DNA of 64,000 nucleotides from an uncultured Chloroflexia bacterium (GTDB lineage: Bacteria > Chloroflexota > Dehalococcoidia > UBA2979): contig CAVSIV010000002.1 in assembly GCA_963728205.1 (NCBI GenBank), positions 576,001 to 640,000 of the forward strand, in the 5' to 3' direction. Position 1 is the first letter of the stretch; each line of letters opens with the position of its first letter. The notes under the pieces were generated by a model, which saw only the letters and a program-made list of their open reading frames with translations, ran no database searches and was not told where the DNA came from. The position numbers and the translations under genes are program-made. Of this stretch, positions 49,548 to 59,174 are shown piece after piece.

Positions 49548-50827
49548 CGTCGCGTCGTCCGTCCTGCTGCGCGCCGCAGCTCATCACGCACGAGGTCGCG
49601 CGCCTGCGCGACACCGCTCAGGTTGCCGAGATAGCGCTCTCGGCGCAAGCACGCGAGCAGGCGGCCGAGCTCGGGACCCGCGGGGACGCCGAGCGCGAGG
49701 AGCGCGGCGGCGTCGAGGTGCGGCGCGGTGCGCTCCCAGCGCCGGAGGTCGCGCTGGAGCGCGGCCTGCGCGGCCGGCGCGAGCCAGCGCGCGGCATCGC
49801 GCGCGGCGGGCGGCGTCGTGGCGAGCGGGGCGAGGCGATCGGCGTCGGCGGGCGCGTCGCGCGGCGGCGCGGCGCCGGCGACGAGCAGCCGCGCTGCGCC
49901 GTCGACGGCGGCGCGGACGGCGCGCGGCGGGCGCAGGCGGTCGAGGACGGCGTCGCGGCCGTCGAGCGGCGCGAGCACGAGCGCGGCGGCGACCTCCGGC
50001 GCGTGCGGGCCGGGGTGACGGCCGAGCGCGCGATCCGTGGCGGGGGCGAGCGCGAAAGCGGGGTGCACACCCGCGAGCGTGCCCCAGCGGTCGAGCAGCC
50101 GCAGCGCGCTCCGAAACGTGCGGCGCGCAGCGGTGAGCCGGAACTCCGCGAAGAGGCGCTCGCCGGAGATCGGGGCGAGCCAGCGCGCTCCGGCGGCGAT
50201 CAGCGCGGCGTCGGCGGCGTCCGGGCGCAGGCGGTGCTGCGCGGCGACGCGCGCGCCACGCCACAGGCGCGTGGCGTCGTCGACGTACGAGCGCGCGTGG
50301 AGCGCGCGCAGCCGGCGGGCGGCGAGGTCGGCGAGGCCGTCGAAGGGGTCGACGAGCGCCCCGGCGCGCGGGCCGGTGAGCCCGAGCGCGACGGCGTTCA
50401 CCGTGAAGTCGCGCCGCGCCAGGTCCGCGTCGAGCGAGGCGCCGAGCGTCGCCGTCGGGAGCGCGCCGGGGCGCGCGTAGCGCTCGTCGCGCAGCGCCGC
50501 GAGGTCCACCGCAGCGTCGGTGGTGGTCACGGTCGCCGTGCCGAGGTCGGCCGCGCTCACGCGCGCGACGCCGCCGGTGCGCCGGGCCACCGACCTGGCG
50601 AGTGCCAGCACGCCCGCCATGTCGGCTGCCGCCACGGAGACGTCGAGGTCGCGCACGGGCAGCCCGGCCGCGCAGTCGCGCACGGCGCCGCCGACGGCCC
50701 ACGACTCGACGCCGGAATCGCTGGCGGCGAGGATCACGGCATCGAGCAGGCGGCGCGCGCCGGGCGCGAGCGCCGCGCGGAGCGCAGTTCGGCTAGGCCG
50801 CTTTAGCGGTTTATCCAATATTGACAC
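49544..50827 (-). CDS. cca: Class II tRNA nucleotidyltransferase (CCA- or A-adding)
   Basis: VGGAVRD, DLD, ERYARPGALP, DLARRDFTVNA, DPFDG, DDATR, ISGER. Start uncertain. Confidence 0.85.
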   Translation of the reverse strand: MSILDKPLKRPSRTALRAALAPGARRLLDAVILAASDSGVESWAVGGAVRDCAAGLPVRDLDVSVAAADMAGVLALARSVARRTGGVARVSAADLGTATVTTTDAAVDLAALRDERYARPGALPTATLGASLDADLARRDFTVNAVALGLTGPRAGALVDPFDGLADLAARRLRALHARSYVDDATRLWRGARVAAQHRLRPDAADAALIAAGARWLAPISGERLFAEFRLTAARRTFRSALRLLDRWGTLAGVHPAFALAPATDRALGRHPGPHAPEVAAALVLAPLDGRDAVLDRLRPPRAVRAAVDGAARLLVAGAAPPRDAPADADRLAPLATTPPAARDAARWLAPAAQAALQRDLRRWERTAPHLDAAALLALGVPAGPELGRLLACLRRERYLGNLSGVAQARDLVRDELRRAAGRTTRR

Positions 50828-50850
50828 TCCGCCGAAGGCCTGCCTACGAT
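50821..50850 (+). promoter_or_regulatory. Sigma70-type promoter for rnc-smc
   Basis: TTGACA (50821-50826), 18 nt spacer, TACGAT (50845-50850). Confidence 0.7.
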
Positions 50851-50992
50851 CCGTCGAACCCGGAGGCGCTCCCCAGCGTCAGCCGCTGTCCCGGGCAGGT
50901 ACATCGTATGCGCGGCGGGTGCATGCGGTGGGGAGGCTTCAGGCTTGGCCACATCCTCGCAACCCGCCGCGAGATCCCCTGGCGCGTTGTTT

Positions 50993-51721
50993 GTGAGCAA
51001 CTTCGAGGGCCGCGAGTTCGGCGCGCTCGAGGCGCGGATCGGCGTCGGGTTCCACGACGTCCACTACCTGCGCACGGCGCTCACGCACTCGTCGTACGCG
51101 AACGAGCACCCGGAGGACTCGACCGACACGAACGAGCGGCTCGAGTTTCTCGGCGACGCGGTGCTGGGGATGGTGGTGGCGGAGGCGCTCTACGAGCGCT
51201 TCCCCGGCGTCCCCGAGGGCCGGCTCACGGAGTGGCGCGCGCAGCTGGTCTGCGGCCCCACGCTGGCACGGGTGGCGGCCGAGACGCTCGACCTCGGCCG
51301 CTGGCTGCGGCTCGGCCGCGGCGAGGAGGCCACCGGTGGCCGCGAGCGCGAGACGAACCTCGAGCGCGGCTACGAGTCGGTGGTCGGCGCGCTGTACCTG
51401 GACCGCGGGCTCGACGCCGCGCGCGCGTTCGTCTTCCGCACGCTCGGCGCGGACCTCGACGCGATCGACGCCGACGCCGACGCGCTCGACCCGAAGGGCA
51501 TGCTGCAGCGGCTCGTCCAGCCGCAGAGCCTGCGCCCGGACTACCGCGTGCTCGCGGAGGAGGGGCCCGAGCACGACCGCCGGTTCACGGTCGAGGTGCG
51601 CGTCGGCGACGAGCGCCTCGGCGAGGGCACCGGCACGAGCAAGCAACAGGCCGAGAAGGAGGCCGCGCGCGCCGCGCTCGAGGTGCTGCGCGCGCGCGAG
51701 TCCGAAGAGTCGGCGGGGTAG
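50993..51721 (+). CDS. rnc: Ribonuclease III
   Basis: ALTHSS, NERLEFLGDAVL, dsRBD DPKGMLQ...GPEHDRRF...SKQQAEKEAA. Start GTG 50993 (TTG 50945 possible). Confidence 0.96.
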   Translation: MSNFEGREFGALEARIGVGFHDVHYLRTALTHSSYANEHPEDSTDTNERLEFLGDAVLGMVVAEALYERFPGVPEGRLTEWRAQLVCGPTLARVAAETLDLGRWLRLGRGEEATGGRERETNLERGYESVVGALYLDRGLDAARAFVFRTLGADLDAIDADADALDPKGMLQRLVQPQSLRPDYRVLAEEGPEHDRRFTVEVRVGDERLGEGTGTSKQQAEKEAARAALEVLRARESEESAG

Positions 51722-51757
51722 CAACCGAGACGGCACGGCGGGCGGAGAGGGGCTCGT

Positions 51758-54700
51758 TTGTACCTGCGACGGCTCGAAGTACACGGTTTCAAGGCATTCG
51801 CCGACCGTCAGCGCTTCGACTTCGGACCCGGGATGACCGTGGTCGTGGGGCCCAACGGCTCCGGGAAGTCGAACGTCGCCGACGCGATTCGCTGGGCGCT
51901 CGGCGAGCAGTCGGCGAAGCAGATCCGCGCGCGCAAGACCGAGGACGTGATCTTCAGCGGCTCGGAGCGGCGCCGGCCGATGGGCATGGCCGAGGTCACG
52001 CTCACGCTCGACAACTCCGAGGGCTGGATGCCCATCGAGTTCTCCGAGGTCGCGGTGACGCGCCGCGCGCACCGCTCCGGCGAGAACGAGTACCTGATCA
52101 ACGGCCAGAACGTGCGACTCACCGACGTGCTCGACCTCTTTCGTCGCGCACAGGTGGGGCAGAACTCGTACGCGCACATGTCGCAGGGCCTCGTCGACGA
52201 GGTGCTGGCGCTGCGCCCGGGCGAGCGGCGTGAGCTGATCGAGGAGGCGGCCGACGTGCGCCGCCACCGGCACCAGCTGACGCTCTCCGAGCGGCGGCTG
52301 TCGGAGACGCGCGACAACCTCGGCCACGTGCGGATGCTGATCAAGGAGGTCGAGCCGCGGCTGCGCCAGCTCGCGCGGCAGTCGAAGCGGGCGGCGGAGT
52401 ACAAGCGTCTCGCCGGCGAGCTGTCCGACGTGCTGCAGGTCTACCTGGAGACCGAGCTGCGCCGCGCCCACGAGGCGCAGGCCGCGGCGCGGGCGTCGCA
52501 CGATCAGCGCGCGCAGCGCTTCGCGGAGGCGCAGCGCGAGATGCAGACGCTCGAGTCGCGCCTGCGCGACCTCGAGGCCGCGCTGCACGCGCGGCGCGCG
52601 GAGCTCGAGCGTGTGCAGGGGCACGAGCGCGAGCTCGCTGAGGAGGGGCTGCGGCTGGAGCAGTCGGTCGCGCTGACGCAGCAGCGGCTGGAGCTGCTCG
52701 GGGTGCGCCGCGGCGAGCTGGAGCAGGCGATCGCGGCCGGGGAGGCCGACCTCGGTCCGGACGGCGGCGAGGGCGACGACGATGCGGCGGTCGCCGCGAT
52801 GCTGACGGCGCTGGAGGCGCAGGTCGCGGGCGCGCGCACGCGGCTGGCCCGCGAGCAGGAGGCGCTCGCGTCCGCCGACAGCGGCGCGCGCGATCTGCTG
52901 CGGCAGCTCTCGGAGCTCGAGGCGCGGCGCGCGCGGCTCGAGGGCGCGCGTGACGACGCGTCGCGGCGCATCGCGGAGTACACGGCGCGCACCGAGCGGC
53001 TGGCGCGCGAGCGCGCGGAGGCCGAGCAGCGGCGCGACGCGCTGCTGGTGCGACTGCGCGAGCACGGCGCGGCCGCGCTGGCGCACGAGCGCGCGGCGCG
53101 CGACCTCGCGGAGGCGGCGGGCACCGCCCGCCGGCGACGCGAGGCCGCGGAGCGGCGGCTCGAGGACGAGCGCCGCGCGGAGGCCGCCGCCGCCGAGGCG
53201 CTACGCGAGGCGGAGGCGCAGGCCGCGCGCCTGCGCGAGCGCCTGAAGCTGATCGAGATGCTGCGGGACTCCGTTCCGGCGGCGAGCGGCGGCGCGCAGG
53301 CGCTGCTCGAGGCCGCGCAGGACCCGGAGCAGCGGACCGACGAGGAGACGCCGCTCGCGGGCGTGATCGACGCCGTGCACCGGCTGATCCGCGTGCCCGA
53401 CGGCCTGGAGGCCGCGATCGAGGCCGCGCTCGCGGAACACATCGCCGCGATCGTGGTCGAGCACGAGGCCGACGCCTACAGCGCGCTGGAGTACCTGCGA
53501 CGCGAGCAGGCCGGCACCGCGACGGTGTTCCCGCTCGACGCCGTCGAGCACCGCTACCCGCTCAACCTCTTCAACGAGCGCGGCGTGATCGGCGTCGCGT
53601 CCCGGCTGGTGCGCGCGGAGCAGAAGTACCGCCCGTTGATCGACACGCTGCTCGGCCGCGTGATCGTGGTCGACGACCTCAAGGTCGCGCAGCAGATGGT
53701 GAAGCGCGGGCTCGGGTCGGTCGTGACGAAGGACGGCACGCTGCTGCGGCAGGGCGGCGGCATCTTCGGCGGCCGCGCCGGCGCCGCCGCCGAGCGCTTC
53801 AGCCTGGAGCGCGAGCTCGAGGCGCTGCCGGCGCAGATCGACGAGGCGGATCTCGCGGTCGAGCCGGCGCGCGCGCGGCTGGAGCGCGCCGCCGCGACGG
53901 TGGCGGAGGCGCGCGCGGCGGTCGAGGAGACGCGCCGCGTCGTCGACGACGCGGAGGAGCGGCGCCGCGCGCACGGCGCGGAGCAGGCGAAGCTGCGGCA
54001 GTCGCAGGCGGCGCTGGCCGGTGCGATGCGCGCCGCGCGCGTCGTGCTCGCCGGCGGCGGCGACGAGGAGGCTGGGCTCGCAGAGGCGCGCGAGGCGCGC
54101 GAGCGGGCGCAGCAGCAGCTGATCGAGGCACTCTCGCAGATCGACACGCTGCGCGACCGCTCGGAGGCGGTCGGGCAGGAGCGCGATGCCGCGGTCGAGC
54201 GATCGGCGCAGGCGACGCAGGCGCTGGCGGCGGTCGACGCCGAGCGGCGCGCGCTGGTGGCGCAGCGCGAGGAGCGCGCGGAGGCGCGCCGTCGCGCGCG
54301 GCAGCAGCTCGAGGAGCGGCGCTCGCAGTTCGACGCGCTGCGGCGCGAGCAGGAGGACCTGGAGCTGTCGCTGCAGGACCGCCGCGCGCGGCTGGCGAAC
54401 CACCGCACCGCGCGCGAGGAGGCGCAGCGCGCCGTGGGGCCGACGCACGCCGCGGTCGCGGAGCTGGAGCAGGAGAACCGGGAGCTGGCGGCGACGCGCC
54501 GCGAGCGCCAGCAGGCGCTGCTCTCGGCGGAGCGCGAGCTGCTCGAGAGCGAGAACGCCGCTCGCGAGGCGGCCTCGCGCGTGCAGCGGCTGCTCGAGCA
54601 GGTCGCGGAGGAGGGCATGGAGGTGCTCCCCGACGGCCGCGTCCATCCGCTGCCGGTCGTGCGCGCGAGCGCGGACGACGCGGCGAGCGACGACGACGAG

Positions 54701-55543
54701 GACGCCGCGGATGGCGACGAGGACGACGACGACGAGGCGCAGGTCTTCGACGCGCCGCGCGGGCCGCGCCTCGAGCAGGAGGACGACGGCGTCGAGGTGG
54801 AGCTGTTCGAGGAAGCGCTGCTCGTGGAGTTGCCCGAACCGATCCGCGGCGGCGCCGACGTCGATACGGAGGAGCTGCGCGGCCGCATCAACGTGCTGCG
54901 CTCGGAGATCCGCGCGCTCGGCCCGGTGAACGTCGACGCGCTGGAGGACCTGAGCGAGGAGCAGGAGCGGCACGACTACCTGACGGCGCAGGTCGCGGAC
55001 CTCGAGGCCGCCGAGGTCGAGCTGCGCGACGCTATTCGCGAGCTCAAGAAGCTGATCCGCGAGCGCTTCACGGAGACGTTCGCGCTCGTGAACGAGCGCT
55101 TCTCCGAGTACTTCCGTCGCTTCTTCGGCGGCGGGCAGGCGGAGCTGCGGCTCACCGACGACGGCAACCCCGATGAGCCGGAGGAGGACGCGGAGCCGGG
55201 CGTCGAGATCATGGCGCAGCCGCCGGGCAAGCGCGTCTCGAGCCTGAACGTGCTCTCCGGCGGCGAGCGGTCGATGACCTCGGTGGCGCTGCTGTTCTCG
55301 CTGCTCTCGGTGAACCCCGCGCCGATGGTCGTGCTCGACGAGGTGGACGCGGCGCTCGACGAGGCCAACGTCGGCCGCTTCGTGGACACCCTGCGCGAGC
55401 TGCGCGACCGCACGCAGTTCATCGTGATCTCGCACAACCGGCGCACGATCGAGGCGGGCGACTCCATCTACGGCGTGTCGATGGGCGAGGATTCGACGTC
55501 GCAGGTGCTCTCGCTGCGGCTGGCCGACCTGCCGGCGGCGTAG
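51758..55543 (+). CDS. smc: Chromosome segregation protein SMC
   Basis: GFKAF, GPNGSGKSN, coiled coils, hinge TKDG...GGGIFGG, LGPVN, LSGGE, LDEVDAALD, ISHN. Confidence 0.97.
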   Translation: MYLRRLEVHGFKAFADRQRFDFGPGMTVVVGPNGSGKSNVADAIRWALGEQSAKQIRARKTEDVIFSGSERRRPMGMAEVTLTLDNSEGWMPIEFSEVAVTRRAHRSGENEYLINGQNVRLTDVLDLFRRAQVGQNSYAHMSQGLVDEVLALRPGERRELIEEAADVRRHRHQLTLSERRLSETRDNLGHVRMLIKEVEPRLRQLARQSKRAAEYKRLAGELSDVLQVYLETELRRAHEAQAAARASHDQRAQRFAEAQREMQTLESRLRDLEAALHARRAELERVQGHERELAEEGLRLEQSVALTQQRLELLGVRRGELEQAIAAGEADLGPDGGEGDDDAAVAAMLTALEAQVAGARTRLAREQEALASADSGARDLLRQLSELEARRARLEGARDDASRRIAEYTARTERLARERAEAEQRRDALLVRLREHGAAALAHERAARDLAEAAGTARRRREAAERRLEDERRAEAAAAEALREAEAQAARLRERLKLIEMLRDSVPAASGGAQALLEAAQDPEQRTDEETPLAGVIDAVHRLIRVPDGLEAAIEAALAEHIAAIVVEHEADAYSALEYLRREQAGTATVFPLDAVEHRYPLNLFNERGVIGVASRLVRAEQKYRPLIDTLLGRVIVVDDLKVAQQMVKRGLGSVVTKDGTLLRQGGGIFGGRAGAAAERFSLERELEALPAQIDEADLAVEPARARLERAAATVAEARAAVEETRRVVDDAEERRRAHGAEQAKLRQSQAALAGAMRAARVVLAGGGDEEAGLAEAREARERAQQQLIEALSQIDTLRDRSEAVGQERDAAVERSAQATQALAAVDAERRALVAQREERAEARRRARQQLEERRSQFDALRREQEDLELSLQDRRARLANHRTAREEAQRAVGPTHAAVAELEQENRELAATRRERQQALLSAERELLESENAAREAASRVQRLLEQVAEEGMEVLPDGRVHPLPVVRASADDAASDDDEDAADGDEDDDDEAQVFDAPRGPRLEQEDDGVEVELFEEALLVELPEPIRGGADVDTEELRGRINVLRSEIRALGPVNVDALEDLSEEQERHDYLTAQVADLEAAEVELRDAIRELKKLIRERFTETFALVNERFSEYFRRFFGGGQAELRLTDDGNPDEPEEDAEPGVEIMAQPPGKRVSSLNVLSGGERSMTSVALLFSLLSVNPAPMVVLDEVDAALDEANVGRFVDTLRELRDRTQFIVISHNRRTIEAGDSIYGVSMGEDSTSQVLSLRLADLPAA

Positions 55544-55669
55544 ACGTCTCGGAGCGGCGGCGCGCGGCGTGGCTTCCACTACGCGCGCTGCCGTACGATC
55601 GGTGCTCCCCACCTGCGACGAGCCCGTGCGCACGCGGGCAGTGCCGGTCGCCCGGCGACAGGAGTGTCC

Positions 55670-56638
55670 GTGAGGCTGTTCGGACGCAGCAAGGAGAGCG
55701 ACGCCGCCACCGACCAGGCGCTGGAGCGCACGCGCCGCTCCTTCTTCGGGCGGCTCGGCGAGATCTTCGCCGGCAGCGACGTCGACGACGCGCTGTGGGA
55801 GTCGCTCGAGGAGGTGCTGATCGGCGCGGACGCCGGTGTGCGCACCACGACCGCGGTGCTCGACCGCGTCCGCGCGCAGGACCCGCGCCGTGCCGAGGAC
55901 GTGCGCACGCTGCTGCGCGCGGAGCTGATCGCGATCCTGCGCGCGCCGCAGGACGGCTCGCGCGGCCGGCTCTGGGGCCTGCCGGAAGGGACGCCGCCGC
56001 CGCCGGCCCCGCGCGTCGTGCTCGTCGTCGGCGTGAACGGCAGCGGCAAGACGACGGGCATCGCGCGGCTCGCGTACGCCTACCAGCAGGAGGGCCAGCG
56101 CGTGATCTGCGCGGCCGGCGACACCTTCCGTGCGGCCGCCATCGAGCAGCTGCAGGAGTGGGGACGCCGGCTCGACATCCCCGTGATCGCGTCGCGCCAG
56201 GGCGGCGACCCGGCCGCGGTCGCCTTCGACACGATCGAGGCGGCGCGCGCGCGGGGGGCCGATCTCGTGCTCGTCGACACCGCGGGGCGGCTGCAGAACA
56301 AGCAGAACCTGATGGACGAGCTGGCGAAGGTGCGGCGCGTGATCGAGCGCCACCTCGACCGCGGCCCCGACGAGGTGCTGCTCGTGCTCGACGCCACCAC
56401 CGGTCAGAACGGCCTCTCGCAGGCGCGCGCGTTCACGGAGTCGGTCGAGGTGACGGGCGTCATGCTCACGAAGCTCGACGGCACGGCGAAGGGCGGCATC
56501 GTGTTCGCGATCGCGAGCGAGTTCGGGCTGCCGGTGCGGTTCGTCGGCACGGGCCAGGGCGCGGGCGACCTGGCGCCGTTCGACGCCGAGGCGTTCGTCG
56601 ACGGGCTGCTGGGCGAGCCGGCCGGCGCCGAGGCGTAG
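55670..56638 (+). CDS. ftsY: SRP receptor FtsY
   Basis: GVNGSGKTT, DTFRAAA, DTAGR, DATTGQN, TKLDGTAKGG; AGGAG SD before GTG 55670; TACGAT at 55594. Confidence 0.96.
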   Translation: MRLFGRSKESDAATDQALERTRRSFFGRLGEIFAGSDVDDALWESLEEVLIGADAGVRTTTAVLDRVRAQDPRRAEDVRTLLRAELIAILRAPQDGSRGRLWGLPEGTPPPPAPRVVLVVGVNGSGKTTGIARLAYAYQQEGQRVICAAGDTFRAAAIEQLQEWGRRLDIPVIASRQGGDPAAVAFDTIEAARARGADLVLVDTAGRLQNKQNLMDELAKVRRVIERHLDRGPDEVLLVLDATTGQNGLSQARAFTESVEVTGVMLTKLDGTAKGGIVFAIASEFGLPVRFVGTGQGAGDLAPFDAEAFVDGLLGEPAGAEA

Positions 56639-56644
56639 CGGCCG

Positions 56645-59030
56645 GTGGCGGAGTCGCTCCGCTGGTACCTCGCGCTCGTGCTGATCGGCGGCGGCGGGCT
56701 GCTGCCGTCGGCGCTGCTGTTCTCGGGGCTGCGATCGGCGGGCGTGCTCTACGCACGCCCGCTCGCGCTGTTCGGGCTCGCGTACGCCGCCTGGATCGTG
56801 TCGCATTTCGGCGTCGTGCCGTATGGCGCGCCGCTGATCGTCGCACTCACCGCGGCGCTGTGGGCGTGGAGCACGGGGCTCGCGTGGCGGCGGCCGGCGC
56901 TGGTGGACGCCGTGCGGGCGCAATGGCGGCTGCTGCTCGTCGGCGAGGTGCTGTTCGTCGCGCTGTTCGCGGTGATCGCGTTCGCGCGCACCCAGGCGCC
57001 GGCGGCGATCAACACCGAGAAGCCGATGGACCTGATGATCCTGACGGCGATCCACGAGGCGCACCGCCTGCCGCCGCCGGACCCGTGGCTCTCCGGCCAC
57101 CGGCTGTCCTACTACCACCTCGGACACACGGCCGTGGACGTGGTGGGCCAGCTCTCGGGCAACGGACCGGGGGTCGCGTTCAACCTCGGCCTCGCGATGG
57201 CGGGGGCGCTCGCCGGCGTCGTCGCGTTCGGGCTGGCCGGCGACGTCGTCGCGCTGTCGGCGGTGCGACGGCGGGCTGCGCCGTGGGTCGCGGGCGGCGC
57301 GGCGACCGTGGGCCTGCTGTGGCTCGCGCCGCTCGAGGGGGCCGCCGACATTGCGGCCGCCAACGGGGTCGGCGCGACGTCGCTGTGGACGCGCCTGGGG
57401 GTCGAGGGGCTGCCGGGGTCGGTCGCGACGTCGCACGGCATCCCCACGCAGTTCTGGTGGTGGTGGCGCGCGACGCGCGTGCTGCCGCAGGCGACGGGCG
57501 CGCAGATCAGCGAGTTCCCGGCGTTCTCGCTGCTGCTCGGCGACCTGCACGCGCACGTGCTCGCGCTGCCGCTCGGGCTCGTCGCGCTCGCGCTCGCGCT
57601 GACGGCGCTGCAGGGCGCGACGCCGCTGACGTGGCGACGGTGGCTGGCGCGGCCGGCGACGCTGGCGTTGGCGTCGGCGCTGTTCGCGGCGCTGTTCATG
57701 GCGAACAGCTGGGACGTGCTGACGTTCGGCGCGCTGTGGCTGTTCGCCGCGGTGATCGCGTTCCGGCGCGTCGGGTGGTCGCTGCCGGCGGCGCTCGTCG
57801 GCGGGGTGCGGTACCTGGCGCTGCCGGCGGGCATCGCGCTGCTGCTGGCGGCGCCGTTCCTCGCGGGGCTGCAGCGGCCGCCGCTGGGCATCGCGCCGGT
57901 CTGGGGCGAGCACTCCGATCCCGGGCGCTTCCTGCTGATCTGGCTGACGCCGCTGCTGCCGCTCGCGGCCGCGCTCGTGCTGCTGGCGCGCGGGTGGCGC
58001 GCGCCGGGCGCGAGCGTTCGCGCGCGGCGTCGCCGGCGCGGCGGTGCTGGTCGCCGCGTGGGCCGTGGTGCTGATCGCGATCGGACACGGCGGCGAGCTG
58101 GCGGACCGCGGCAGCGGATGGATCACGATCGCCGCGCTGGGGCTCGCGGTGCCGGCGCTGGGCGCCGCGATGCTGGCCGCCGACGACGCCGGCGACCGTG
58201 CCCGTGCCGCGTGGCTGGGGCTCGCGGCCGCGGCGCTCGGCCTCATCTTCGCGACCGAGCTGTTCCGCATCGCCGACGCCTTCGCCGGCCGCACGAACAC
58301 GGTCTTCAAGTTCTGGTTCCACGCCTGGGCACTGCTCGCCGTCGCCGGCGGCGCGGGGCTGGGGCTCGCGCTCGACCGCGTCGCGTGGCGCGTCTCGGCG
58401 GCCGCCTGGCGCACCGCCGCGATCTGCGTGGGCGCCGTCGCCGCCGCGCTCACCGTCGTCTCGCTCGCGTACGCGCCGGCGATGGCGGTGAGCCGCTCGC
58501 GCGAGGGGCAGGCGCGCGGGCTGAACGCGCTCGCCGACATCGCCGCGCGCGATCCCGGCCTAGCCGCGACGGCGCTGTGGGCGCGCGGGAACCTCGACCC
58601 CGCGCACGACGTCCTGCTCCAGGCGTTCGGCGACAGCTATACGACGGCCGGCGGCCTGGCCGCGGCGAGCGGCGTGCCGACGCTGCTCGACTGGGTGAAC
58701 CATGAGCGGCAGTGGCGCGGGCCGCTACCGACGTTCCTCGAGCGCGAGCAGGCGATCGCGGCGATCTACCAGGGCGGAGCCACGCCGGCGACGGCGACAC
58801 TGGCCCGGAGGTGGGGCGTGGACTACATCTACCTCGGACGCGAGGAGCAGGAGCACTACGGACTCGACGTCGCGACGCGCTTCGACGCGTGGCCGGTCGC
58901 CTTCCGGTCCGGCGACGCGCGCGTGGTCGCCGTGCCGGGCGCGGGGAGCGGGGCGGTCGGCGCCACGGGCGTGACGGCGACGACGGCGATGACGGAGATG
59001 ACGGAGATGACGGCGGGGGCGACGCGATGA
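56645..59030 (+). CDS. DUF2298 (Chlor_Arch_YYY-like) polytopic membrane protein, putative GT-C glycosyltransferase, apparent frameshift near 58007
   Basis: EKPMD, PPPDPWLSG, YYHLG, ISEFPAFSLLLGDLHAH, NSWD in ORF 56645..58705; NTVFKFW, SGVPTLL.W.NHERQWR, VDYIYLG in ORF 58044..59030. Confidence 0.8.
58973..59004 (+). repeat. Short 9-bp tandem repeat (GACGG[C/A]GA[C/T]) in the DUF2298 tail
   Basis: gacggcgac gacggcgat gacggagat gacgg..., encoding TATTAMTEMTEMT. Confidence 0.55.
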
Positions 59031-59174
59031 CGCTGCAGGAGGTCCAGACGCCGCCCCCCGGTGCACCGCTCGATGCGCGCGCGAACCGCGAGTCACGGGG
59101 CAAAGGGTGGCACCCGAGAGCGGGCGGGCGCGCTCAATCGGGCTCTGCAGGAACACCGAGAGGGCGATCGGACA

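Noticed and set aside
53201-58540. Very long antisense and alternative-frame ORFs (e.g. 1779 aa here; also 3637..6942, 19677..21812, 45371..47803)
   Set aside because: They are shadows of real genes, caused by stop-codon scarcity at high GC; Arg/Ala-rich with no motifs.
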